Positions 46,544 to 55,664 of a stretch of 64,000 nucleotides of DNA are shown one piece after another. Position 1 is the stretch's first letter. Every line of letters begins with the position of its first letter. The notes beneath the pieces are model-generated. The model was not told where the DNA came from and made no database searches. It was given only the letters and a program-made list of their open reading frames with translations. Source of the stretch: an uncultured bacterium (GTDB lineage: Bacteria > Babelota > Babeliae > Babelales > Vermiphilaceae); contig OY969699.1 of NCBI GenBank assembly GCA_963702025.1, positions 288,001-352,000 of the forward strand, in the 5' to 3' direction. The translations under genes and the position numbers were made by a program.

Positions 46544-46640
46544 TTACACATCCTGAGTAAAAAATCGAAGATTTTTGTATCGAAGGATATTCAGAATATG
46601 GTTCGATACGGCCCTTCGGGCCACTCACCATGTGTTAAAA
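46544..46640. repeat. Tail-to-tail REP-like doublet after the helicase gene
   Basis: CATCCTGAGTA-AAAAATCgaaGATTTTT-GTATCGAAGGA and inverted TGGTTCGATAC-GGCCCttcGGGCC-ACTCACCATGTGT. Confidence 0.85.
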
Positions 46641-46761
46641 ATTAATGTATTAAGCAATTCGTATTTCACAATGCGACTACTAATTTAATTTATTAAATAT
46701 TGATTCCCCTTCTCATTACGCCCTATCCTAGGTAAAAAAGGTACCAAAGGGGAGTGCGTAC

Positions 46762-47538
46762 ATGAAATATAGTATTTTAGGGGTCTGTCAGCTTTTTATT
46801 ATTTATTCCATGGCGATGGAATTGCCTGCAGATAAACTTGTTTCCGAATGGCGAACAATGGAAATTGGTAGCTATAGCGGCACCCCTTTAATTCGTTATT
46901 ATTCTCGAAATAAAAAGGATCGCGAACAAATCAACCTCATTACCTACAACTCATCGCAAGTAACACTTGATCTTTCAAATAAGGGGATCTACAATCTCGC
47001 TAAACTTGAAGTTCTTATAAACAGAATAAATCCGTTTGATGTACTAGGCTTGGATCTTGCGGATAATCATATTAGCTCTTTTTGCATCGAAGAATTGCGC
47101 AAAGTTTTTCCAAATTTAATCACGTTAGATTTACGCAATAATGAAATAAACAAATTGAATGCTCACAATCTTGCGGGCATTCCCATTAATTTTGGGCTCC
47201 TTTTATCAAACAATAAAATCACTACTCTCGATGAAGACATTCTCAAAATATTCTGCCCGATGATTTCCAATGAAAAAATTTTAGTAACCACCTCAACCTT
47301 ACCACTTTGTAAAACATATGAAACTAATGTTAATACTTGGGAAAGATATCAAAAAAATTGCGGTGCAATGGATTTAACAAAAAATCCCATTAATCCAGAA
47401 ACAATAAAAAAAATAAAATTATGGCTGGAAAGTTGTCAGAAATTATCTTGGCACGAAAAAATACTCAAGAAGGCAGTCTCTTTGGTTAAAGAGGAACCAA
47501 AAAAAAATGGTTTTGAAATAATTTTTGATGAAAAGTAG
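46762..47538 (+). CDS. Exported leucine-rich-repeat protein
   Basis: LDLSNKGI, LDLADNHI, LDLRNNEI, LLLSNNKI, MDLTKNPI. Confidence 0.85.
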   Translation: MKYSILGVCQLFIIYSMAMELPADKLVSEWRTMEIGSYSGTPLIRYYSRNKKDREQINLITYNSSQVTLDLSNKGIYNLAKLEVLINRINPFDVLGLDLADNHISSFCIEELRKVFPNLITLDLRNNEINKLNAHNLAGIPINFGLLLSNNKITTLDEDILKIFCPMISNEKILVTTSTLPLCKTYETNVNTWERYQKNCGAMDLTKNPINPETIKKIKLWLESCQKLSWHEKILKKAVSLVKEEPKKNGFEIIFDEK

Positions 47539-47631
47539 CGAAATGGACCCCATGGATTGACATGGGATTTTATTTTCCGTTACCATTTGGGGAATTTGTG
47601 AGAAGTATGCGAATTCCAAAAAGGAGTATTA

Positions 47632-48504
47632 ATGAAGAACACCTTAAATTATCATATGATGGTTCGCGCATTGCGTTCTTTCTTTCTAGAAAAAAAAGGT
47701 TTTATAGAAGTGCCGGCACAATCTCGGCTTTCCATCTTAGCTGCCTGCGAGCAACCTGAAACCATAACACAATTTGCTCTCAACAATGTTCTTTATCCGT
47801 TACCCCAGACTGGGCAAATGTGGTTAGAATATGAACTCTTAAATAATCCAGAATGGCCAGGCGTTTTTTGTGTCACTACCAGCTATCGAGATGAACCAAA
47901 TCCAATCGAAGGGCGCCATTGGCGAATTTTTCCGATATTTGAATTTGAAGCAAAAGGAAACTTTGAGACTCTCAAGCAACTGGAAGAAGAATTGCTGTTC
48001 TTTTTGGGGTTTGAAATGCCGATTGCAATCGACTATGAACAAACGCGCAAGAAATATGAAACGCAAACTATCGAGCATGAACATGAAAATGCCTTATACC
48101 AAGAACTTGGCTCATGCATCAGTTTGGAAAAGTTTCCCGCGAGCACTCAACCATTCTGGAATATGAAATATGCAGGCAACGGTTTATATAATAAAATTGA
48201 TATATTGTTGCACGGCATGGAAACTATTGAATCATCAGAACGTGAAACAGATAAACAAAAAATGAAAGAACAATTTTTCTCTATTTCGCAAGGCAAATAT
48301 GCCCAATTGCTTTTTAACAGATTCTCTAAAGAACGCGTTTTAAAAGAACTTGATGAATATTTATCGTTTGATATGTTTGAACGGTTTGGCGCAGGAATAG
48401 GATTAAATCGTCTTGAACGGGCGATGGTACTTTCTGGGCTGTTAACACAAGATATGCCAAATGCCTTACCATCGCATACATTTGCACCACAATTACAGGT
48501 ATAA
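47632..48504 (+). CDS. AsnRS-like catalytic-domain-only protein, probable asparagine synthetase (AS-AR type)
   Basis: Class II motif 1 LRSFF..KGFIEV, PLPQTGQMWLE, motif 2 SYRDEP...GRH, motif 3 GAGIGLNRL; no anticodon-binding OB domain. Confidence 0.75.
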   Translation: MKNTLNYHMMVRALRSFFLEKKGFIEVPAQSRLSILAACEQPETITQFALNNVLYPLPQTGQMWLEYELLNNPEWPGVFCVTTSYRDEPNPIEGRHWRIFPIFEFEAKGNFETLKQLEEELLFFLGFEMPIAIDYEQTRKKYETQTIEHEHENALYQELGSCISLEKFPASTQPFWNMKYAGNGLYNKIDILLHGMETIESSERETDKQKMKEQFFSISQGKYAQLLFNRFSKERVLKELDEYLSFDMFERFGAGIGLNRLERAMVLSGLLTQDMPNALPSHTFAPQLQV

Positions 48505-48515
48505 AAAAGAACCAA

Positions 48516-49895
48516 ATGGCACATTACAAAAAATCTGTTTTTATCTTTCGCAGAGATTTAAGGCTTACCGATAATACTGGTCTTTTACACGCATTGGAGC
48601 AAAGCAGGGAAGTGATTCCCTGCTTTATCTTCGACCCACGGCAAGTTGGAAATAAAAATACCTATCGAAGTCTCAATGCGATTCAATTCATGCTTAAAAG
48701 CCTGGAAGAGCTTGACAAGGCACTCAGGAAGAAAAAGTCTCGTCTTTATTTTTTTTATGGAGAAGCAGAAAAAATTATTGAAAAACTCATTATTGATGAA
48801 AGAATTAATGCGATCTGGATTAATCGAGATTACACTCCATTTAGTATTGAGCGTGATGAACAAATAAAAAAAATATGCCATCATTACAATTGCAAATTTG
48901 AAAGTACCGGCGATTTATTACTCAATGAACCGGAACAAATCAAGAGTGCAAACGGCACCCCGTACTCAATATTTACCCCTTTTTATAAAAGATCGGTACG
49001 TGAACCGGTTAAAAAACCGGTTACTAATGTCTCAGGAAATTTTTATCGGGAGAAAATAAAAGGCTCCCACACGCAAGATATTTTCAACAAAATAGATTCG
49101 GCTCAGAATAACAAAATTTGGCTACTGGGCGGGAGGCCAGAAGCATTACACTTGCTCCACGAAACAAAAAAACTAAAAAATTACGCAAAAACCCATGACT
49201 TTCCTGCACAACATACTTCCTGGCTTTCTGCCCATTTAAAATTTGGCACCATTTCCATTCGTGAAGCATATCATACGATCAGCGATCATCTTGGCAGTAA
49301 CCATCCGTTATTGCGCCAACTCTATTGGCGCGATTTTTTCACACATCTAGCCTATAATTCACCGTTTGTTTTTGGCCATGCTTTTCATGAAAAATATGAT
49401 AAATTACCCTGGAAAAACAATGCGCACGATTTTAAAGCATGGTGCCAAGGAAAAACGGGTTTTCCCATCGTTGATGCGGGCATGAGGCAATTAAATACAA
49501 CCGGCTGGATGCATAATCGAGTTCGCATGATCGTTGCGTCATTTCTTGTAAAAGATTTGCACATTGACTGGCGATGGGGCGAAAAGTATTTTGCGCAGCA
49601 ATTAATTGACTACGATCCGTGTGTTAATAATGGGAATTGGCAATGGAGCGCTTCCACGGGCGCGGACGCACAACCCTATTTTCGTATTTTTAATCCATGG
49701 CTTCAACAAAAGAAATTTGATCCCGAATGTATTTACATTAAAGAGTGGGTGGCTGAATTAAAAAAATATGATCCATCTTCGATACATACATGGTATGCTC
49801 AAAAATACCCAATAAAAAATTATCCAAAACCAATGGTTGATCATGCGGTAGAAAGCATGAAAGCGAAAACTATGTATAAAACAATTAAGGAGTAA
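48516..49895 (+). CDS. phr: Deoxyribodipyrimidine photolyase (class I CPD)
   Basis: FRRDLRLTDN, LSAHLKFGTIS, GKTGFPIVDAGMRQL..TGWMHNRVRM, NNGNWQW, PYFRIFNP. Confidence 0.95.
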   Translation: MAHYKKSVFIFRRDLRLTDNTGLLHALEQSREVIPCFIFDPRQVGNKNTYRSLNAIQFMLKSLEELDKALRKKKSRLYFFYGEAEKIIEKLIIDERINAIWINRDYTPFSIERDEQIKKICHHYNCKFESTGDLLLNEPEQIKSANGTPYSIFTPFYKRSVREPVKKPVTNVSGNFYREKIKGSHTQDIFNKIDSAQNNKIWLLGGRPEALHLLHETKKLKNYAKTHDFPAQHTSWLSAHLKFGTISIREAYHTISDHLGSNHPLLRQLYWRDFFTHLAYNSPFVFGHAFHEKYDKLPWKNNAHDFKAWCQGKTGFPIVDAGMRQLNTTGWMHNRVRMIVASFLVKDLHIDWRWGEKYFAQQLIDYDPCVNNGNWQWSASTGADAQPYFRIFNPWLQQKKFDPECIYIKEWVAELKKYDPSSIHTWYAQKYPIKNYPKPMVDHAVESMKAKTMYKTIKE

Positions 49896-49899
49896 GACA

Positions 49900-50541
49900 G
49901 TGATTTGGCGTGATAAATTAATACTATCCTCTGCAATTGCACTTGCAATAGGATGTGCAAGCGGATATCTTTTTTCCTCAAAATTTTGCCGAGCAACCAT
50001 CATCAACCGGACAGAAAAAACTCTCGCATTAAATCAAACATTGCGAAAGGTTCTTTCTGAGCATGCATTTTGGATCCGGAATTATTTACATGCCGCTTTT
50101 TTTAATTCACCCGATCAACAGGCAATTGAAGCCCGCCTAGAAAAAAATCAAGAGGATTTGGTTTCTGTCTTAGCCGCCTATTATGGTCAAGTTCCCAAAA
50201 GCAAGTTAAGCCTTTATTTAAAAGAAAATATTATTTTAATTACTAGGGCAGTTGCTTTAGCAAAAAATAACAAGCCGCTAACTGAAATAAATAACCAATG
50301 GCGTAAAAATGCGGAACTTATTGCAACGCTTATATCGGGTCTTAATACGGCATGGTCGTTTAGTTTCATAAAAACAAAACTCACCGATCAGTTTCTTCTT
50401 ATTATGCAAGAAATAGAAGCAATGCAAGCAAATAATTGGAAAAGGGCATTAGAAATTTTTGATAAAAATTTAGATTACACACTGCAATTTGCAGACGAAT
50501 TGGATAACGGAATATTACAACAATTTCCAAACAAATTTTGA
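49900..50541 (+). CDS. Conserved hypothetical helical protein with N-terminal anchor
   Basis: 213 aa, GTG start with AGGAG RBS, LRKVLSEHAFWIR..RLEKNQED pattern. Confidence 0.6.
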   Translation: MIWRDKLILSSAIALAIGCASGYLFSSKFCRATIINRTEKTLALNQTLRKVLSEHAFWIRNYLHAAFFNSPDQQAIEARLEKNQEDLVSVLAAYYGQVPKSKLSLYLKENIILITRAVALAKNNKPLTEINNQWRKNAELIATLISGLNTAWSFSFIKTKLTDQFLLIMQEIEAMQANNWKRALEIFDKNLDYTLQFADELDNGILQQFPNKF

Positions 50542-50620
50542 ACACCTGAAGTAATTACGATTGACAAAAAACAGGAAAAAGATTATTGTATAAGGAACTT
50601 TTTTACTTGAAAGGCACCTT

Positions 50621-50986
50621 ATGAATTCATACAAATATTTATTTTTTCTGTTGCTTGGATTTTTTCAGCATTCATTTTCATGCTCTCCTCCAAAAGTAAA
50701 GAATTCGCCGCTCCCGGCGTATGGCTATGTTCAAAAAGACTATGCGACAGAATTTCCGGGAGTTTGTTATAACCCATATTCTTATAGAGAGCAAGAAGAG
50801 CAAAAAGTTTCAATAGCTGCCGGCGACTCTGAGCCAGCCGTTGAAAAAGAGCCAACGCCGCCGCAATCTGCTCGATCAAGCGTTAGAGGAATTTCTAAAA
50901 TAGAGATCACCATTACAACTTCGAGCGGTAATGCTACAAGAGAGGTGCTCAAACAATTGATACCATTGTTCCCTGTCGATGAATAA
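50621..50986 (+). CDS. Hypothetical exported protein
   Basis: Signal peptide; TTGACA at 50561 upstream; overlaps the convergent mutY-like end by 38 nt. Confidence 0.55.
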   Translation: MNSYKYLFFLLLGFFQHSFSCSPPKVKNSPLPAYGYVQKDYATEFPGVCYNPYSYREQEEQKVSIAAGDSEPAVEKEPTPPQSARSSVRGISKIEITITTSSGNATREVLKQLIPLFPVDE

Positions 50987-51761
50987 ATTTCTCATCAGCT
51001 AATTGATCGATAATTTTTTTAACACGAACATAATCTTTACCGATTATGTTCGTGAGTTTTTTTTCATCGATTGCCGCGTCTGTTGCCGTTAATATTTTTA
51101 TGATCATACCGCGTATTTGTCTGTCTGATCCCTCAAACTTTGATTGCTGATGATGGTGAAGGCTTTTACGGCTAGGATTTTTGAATCTTTTTTTAAGCAT
51201 TACTCCATAATCCATCAGCGCATAATACCATTCACGGGGATTCTCTTGATCAACGGTTTGTAGAACCAACGGCAGTATTTCATTATCATGCACATTGTCT
51301 CGAGACGGGAAGAAAAAATAAATAAAAACTGTTCGAATATTTGTTTCTATGAAAACTGTTGGCTCATTAAAGGCAAACGCCCGAATTGATGCAGCGGTTG
51401 CTTTACCAATCCCCGGTAAACTTTCTAGAATTTCACTATTGTTGGGTAAAATTCCATCATATTCTGAGGCTATTATCTGAGCCGCTTTATGCAAAAAAAG
51501 GCCACGCCTGTTGTAGCCAAGTCCTTGCCATTGAGCCAGAACATCTTTGAGTGAAGCCTGTGCAAGTGTTGTAAAATCAGGGAACACCGTGATCCATTGG
51601 ATATATTTTTGCGTAACACGTTGTGTTTGAGTTTGTTGCAGCATAACCTCAGAAACAAAAATCTTATACGGATCATCCGCATGCCGCCAGTCAAAAATAC
51701 GGCCCTGCGTGGCATAGTGATGCCAAATTGTTTTCTTAAATTCGTTGATACAGGTAATCAT
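50949..51761 (-). CDS. mutY: MutY-like A/G-specific adenine glycosylase (HhH-GPD), no Fe-S cysteine cluster
   Basis: VSEVMLQQTQ, WQGLGYNRR, LPGIGKATA, FIETNIR, ALMDYG. Confidence 0.85.
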   Translation of the reverse strand: MITCINEFKKTIWHHYATQGRIFDWRHADDPYKIFVSEVMLQQTQTQRVTQKYIQWITVFPDFTTLAQASLKDVLAQWQGLGYNRRGLFLHKAAQIIASEYDGILPNNSEILESLPGIGKATAASIRAFAFNEPTVFIETNIRTVFIYFFFPSRDNVHDNEILPLVLQTVDQENPREWYYALMDYGVMLKKRFKNPSRKSLHHHQQSKFEGSDRQIRGMIIKILTATDAAIDEKKLTNIIGKDYVRVKKIIDQLADEKFIHRQGTMVSIV

Positions 51762-51844
51762 TGTTTTGTAGTGTTAATGTATAGAGATAATAAGTAAGGC
51801 AGCCTATCTATGACTCTAGGATATATTATTATGCAAATAAATTA

Positions 51845-51866
51845 ACCTCGCAGCAAGCAGCGAGGT
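51845..51866. repeat. Isolated intergenic hairpin
   Basis: ACCTCGC-agcaagca-GCGAGGT between the M16 peptidase and the mutY-like gene. Confidence 0.5.
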
Positions 51867-51963
51867 ATTTGCCACTCCACTCAATGCTAAAGAACAGGAA
51901 CAACTAAAAAAATCGGTTAAAATACTTGCCAAAACGATAAAACAGGTAATACAACTATAACCT

Positions 51964-54771
51964 TTACTCGCTTTTTTTGCTTTCTTTTGGCTCTAATCTT
52001 CCAACCTTGAGCGTAAACATTGCCTCATTGCGCAATACTTTTTTAACCGCTTCTTTTACTTGATCAAGAGTAACGGCAGCTAAGGTTTGTGCTCGGGTAT
52101 CAAAATAATTGACCGGGAAACCCATTCTATCAATGGCTAAAAACATTGACGCAGTACCAAGATTTGTTGCAAAATTATTCACCATAGAACTATTAAGAGC
52201 ACGTTTTGCTTCTAAAAGTTCTTCGGGAGTAATTTCATCAACGGATTTGGTGATAACTTCTTTAATAGCTTTTTCTGCTTCCGCCAAACGATCAAGAGAA
52301 ACGATAGTTTTCACGATCACCATGCCCGGCTGCTCATTGGCACCGGAAATTAAGGTGCCGCCGATGGTGTAGAAAAGGCCTGATTGCTCGCGCAACTGGA
52401 ATAATTTTGAATGCATTGATCCGAGTGTGCCACCGCCAAAAATCTGATCGAATAACAATAACTTATCAAAATCAGGATTTTTACGTTCCACCGATAAACC
52501 CGCAAAACAAAGGACCGCTTGATCACGATTGATAGGGTGAATTTTTTCGCAGGCTTTGATCGGGCTCAATGCCGGGAAATCTATATCTTCTACCTTTGGC
52601 CCTTTCCAGACACCAATAGTTTTTTCTAACATTTTATCGAGTGGATAAGACCCTAGATCTCCAACAATAGCCAATCGGGCATCGGCGGGACTAAAATATT
52701 TCTTATGAAACTCAATCAGATCTTTTTTGGTGATTTTTTTAATAGATTCTTCCGTTCCAAGGATATTTTTGCTGTAAGGATGGCCTTTGTAAATTTCCTG
52801 CGAAACTAAAAGACCCGCAATTTGCTGTGGATTGTCCCAAAAGCTTTTAATCTTTGCAAGAATCTGCTCACGAACTTTTTCAATCTCTTGGTCATCAAAA
52901 CGGGGATGCTCAACAATTTCCAAAAGAAGCTCAAGTCCTTTCTCAAAATCAGTTGCAAGCATACTTAAGGTGATCATCCCTGGAACAACTTGTAAATCCA
53001 TGCCACGAGATTCAAGCTCATCGGCCAACTGGCCGGCAGTATATTTTTTTGTTCCTTCAGAAAGCATTTGTGCGACAAAGTTATAAAGTCCCGGGAGAGA
53101 TTGGCTATCATAAAATGAACGAGCCTTCAGTTCCATGACTAGATCAATTTTGGGAATACTCGAGTTATCATAATAAAGAACCTTTAGCCCATTTTTCAAA
53201 GCTAGGGTCTTATATTTAGGAAAATCAAATTTGGTGGCTTCTTTAATTTTTAATGTTTTAGCATAATGGGGTGGTTCAATTGGGGTTGTTCTTGCCCGTT
53301 TTGCAAGAAACTTTGTGTCATACTCGTCAGAAGCTTTTTGCAATGCTTGCCATTCTTTTTTGTCTTGCTCCGAAAGTGGTAACAATGTTCCCTTGTGCAT
53401 AACCGAATTTTTAAAGTAAGCAGCAAGAAGCTTTTTGATTTCAACTTCAGCTTCTTTTTTTGGCTTATCCATGAAATGGAATGCAAAATTTTCATCGCCG
53501 GTAGCCAAATAGGCTTTGCCAATTTCACGCGCCTGTGTTTCAATGTTTTCCAAGAGTCCGTAATAGTTCATGCGAGCTTGATTGAGCGCTCGCACGTATT
53601 CTAAATCGGTAAGGCCATTTTCTATAATTGAATCGATCTCTTCTTGGATCAAATCATAAATTTTGGGCAAGTCATCACTATTTTTTGGCTCAAAGCTGAT
53701 CAAAAATACACCTGCTTCAAAAAGTAAAAATGGTTGCGCTGCAAAAGATGTTACCAACTGCTCTTCATTAACAAGCTTTTTATATAATCGCGATCCCTTA
53801 CCAAGGCCAAGTATATAGGCAATCACATCCATGAGATGCTCATTTTTAGTTTGTGCACCCGGAACCACAAATGCGGCAACGGCCAACGGTTTTTGCACAT
53901 CACGATACAAAGTTACTTGGTGGGAAATTATATCTTTATTAAAATAAAACTGATCTTTTTTATACTGTTTATTGGCAGGAATTTTCTCAAAATATTTTTT
54001 TGCCAGATCAAATGCTTCTTTTACTTCTACGTCTCCTACAATAACCAGAGTGGCATTGTTGGGCCAGTAATGTTTTTTATAAAACTCTCGTAACCTATTG
54101 GCATGGACATCAAATAAATCCTGCTTAAACCCAATTATCGGATAATGGTATGGATGGTCAGGAAAAATTGCTGCCATCAGATCCATAATTAAGCTTTGAG
54201 AATAGTTATCTTTATACATTTTTAATTCTTGAATCACCGCTTTCATCTCAGAATTAAGATGGTCATCTTTAAAGCCAACATTTTGCATACAGTCAGCTAA
54301 AATTGGCAACCCTTCATGCCAATTTTGCACCGGCAAATTAAATAAATAGCCGGTATAATCCCAGGAAGTGAACGCATTGGTTGATCCGGAAAGCATATGC
54401 GTGATGACACTAATATCTGATTCTGAAAGGTATGGTAGCTTGTCAGGCTTAGAAACTGTCCCTTTGAAGATCATGTGCTCAATCAAATGCGCGTCCCCCT
54501 TTTCGCCTGTTTTTTCATCTTTGGAACCAACGTTATACCATATTTGCATAGAAACTTTGGGCAACGTATGAACCACGCGGACCAAAACGGTCATACCATT
54601 ACTCAAGATTAATTTTTGTACAAAGGGATTATTTTCTTTTTGGTCGTGTAGCATTTCTTTTTCCTGATCAAAATCATCCAAGATAGGCTCTGTGCATTCT
54701 TCTGCAAGAAGCGTATGTGTTATAAAACAAACAAACAAAGTAATACAAAGATATATTTGCTTTTTTTCCAT
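51964..54771 (-). CDS. M16 (insulinase/PqqL-like) zinc peptidase, exported
   Basis: Signal peptide; VGSKDE..G.AHLIEHMIFKGT; two-half architecture; LREQSGLFY. Confidence 0.92.
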   Translation of the reverse strand: MEKKQIYLCITLFVCFITHTLLAEECTEPILDDFDQEKEMLHDQKENNPFVQKLILSNGMTVLVRVVHTLPKVSMQIWYNVGSKDEKTGEKGDAHLIEHMIFKGTVSKPDKLPYLSESDISVITHMLSGSTNAFTSWDYTGYLFNLPVQNWHEGLPILADCMQNVGFKDDHLNSEMKAVIQELKMYKDNYSQSLIMDLMAAIFPDHPYHYPIIGFKQDLFDVHANRLREFYKKHYWPNNATLVIVGDVEVKEAFDLAKKYFEKIPANKQYKKDQFYFNKDIISHQVTLYRDVQKPLAVAAFVVPGAQTKNEHLMDVIAYILGLGKGSRLYKKLVNEEQLVTSFAAQPFLLFEAGVFLISFEPKNSDDLPKIYDLIQEEIDSIIENGLTDLEYVRALNQARMNYYGLLENIETQAREIGKAYLATGDENFAFHFMDKPKKEAEVEIKKLLAAYFKNSVMHKGTLLPLSEQDKKEWQALQKASDEYDTKFLAKRARTTPIEPPHYAKTLKIKEATKFDFPKYKTLALKNGLKVLYYDNSSIPKIDLVMELKARSFYDSQSLPGLYNFVAQMLSEGTKKYTAGQLADELESRGMDLQVVPGMITLSMLATDFEKGLELLLEIVEHPRFDDQEIEKVREQILAKIKSFWDNPQQIAGLLVSQEIYKGHPYSKNILGTEESIKKITKKDLIEFHKKYFSPADARLAIVGDLGSYPLDKMLEKTIGVWKGPKVEDIDFPALSPIKACEKIHPINRDQAVLCFAGLSVERKNPDFDKLLLFDQIFGGGTLGSMHSKLFQLREQSGLFYTIGGTLISGANEQPGMVIVKTIVSLDRLAEAEKAIKEVITKSVDEITPEELLEAKRALNSSMVNNFATNLGTASMFLAIDRMGFPVNYFDTRAQTLAAVTLDQVKEAVKKVLRNEAMFTLKVGRLEPKESKKSE

Positions 54772-54882
54772 TAGTTTCCTTTTTCTTTACTTGCAAAAGT
54801 GTACCATTTTTTCAATCCTTTGCTCAATAACTCTCTCATTTTGTATATTGAAGAAAATATGGTAGTAAAAAAGGAGGTAAGA

Positions 54883-55119
54883 ATGGCTCAAGGGTTATAT
54901 CTCACTATTTTCACCATGCTTATCATGGCAGGGCAAATAAATGGGATGAATGATAAAGTAAAGAAACCTAAAAAAACTCCCCCATCACCGCCCGGCTGCA
55001 TCCGCCAAAATTCAGACGAACTACAAAAGGTAATTCTTGAAATTGCCGTACAACAAGGAAACACTGAATTAGCTAAAACATTACAAAAGATTACCGCTCA
55101 GCTGGGTGATAAAAGCTAA
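54883..55119 (+). CDS. Small hypothetical exported protein
   Basis: AAGGAGGT RBS before ATG 54883; signal peptide then MNDK. Confidence 0.6.
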   Translation: MAQGLYLTIFTMLIMAGQINGMNDKVKKPKKTPPSPPGCIRQNSDELQKVILEIAVQQGNTELAKTLQKITAQLGDKS

Positions 55120-55157
55120 AGCGGTGACATTTTTTAATAGCAGCTATTGAGGTCTGT

Positions 55158-55583
55158 TTAGCGCCAGACAGAAAGAATAACTGCTGATAAAATGACGCCT
55201 ATTACTTGGTAGCCAGCATCGATCAAAAAAAGCTTTATTGATCGGCTTTCCCATATAAAAACGCCCGCAATTGCTGTTGCTGAAAAACCAAGCGCAATGA
55301 TAAGACCAAGCATTAAGCCAGATTCCAGAGTTGTTGAACCGGACATATGGACCAAGCAGGCCATAGCAAAGGCAATAATGGTATCTTTTAAGAAGGTGAG
55401 ACCCATATTGGTCAGAAGTTTATCTTTTGAGGGCTCCTTAATGGTAACATTATGGCGACTCAATTCGTGCACCCAAGTTTTTGCGAATAAAACAGAAAAC
55501 CAGATTGCCCCCAAGAAGAAAAAGATGATAGCCGAAACGGCTACTGCCAGGTAATTAATGTGCGGTAAAACAGTGAAATCCAT
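55158..55583 (-). CDS. DUF1761-like membrane protein
   Basis: INYLAVAVSAII.F.LGAIWFS.LFAKTW, IWESRS.KLFLIDAGYQ; four TM segments. Confidence 0.8.
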   Translation of the reverse strand: MDFTVLPHINYLAVAVSAIIFFFLGAIWFSVLFAKTWVHELSRHNVTIKEPSKDKLLTNMGLTFLKDTIIAFAMACLVHMSGSTTLESGLMLGLIIALGFSATAIAGVFIWESRSIKLFLIDAGYQVIGVILSAVILSVWR

Positions 55584-55664
55584 TGAAAATCCTTTAAAAA
55601 ACAATGTTATGCATACTATCAGTATAACTAAAATTCATTTTTACAAAAGTCTCAAAAAGCCCGA

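Noticed and set aside
51845..51866. Hairpin as the end of an IS200/IS605 element
   Set aside because: Single copy in the window with no tnpA/tnpB nearby; it cannot be told apart from a terminator-like hairpin.
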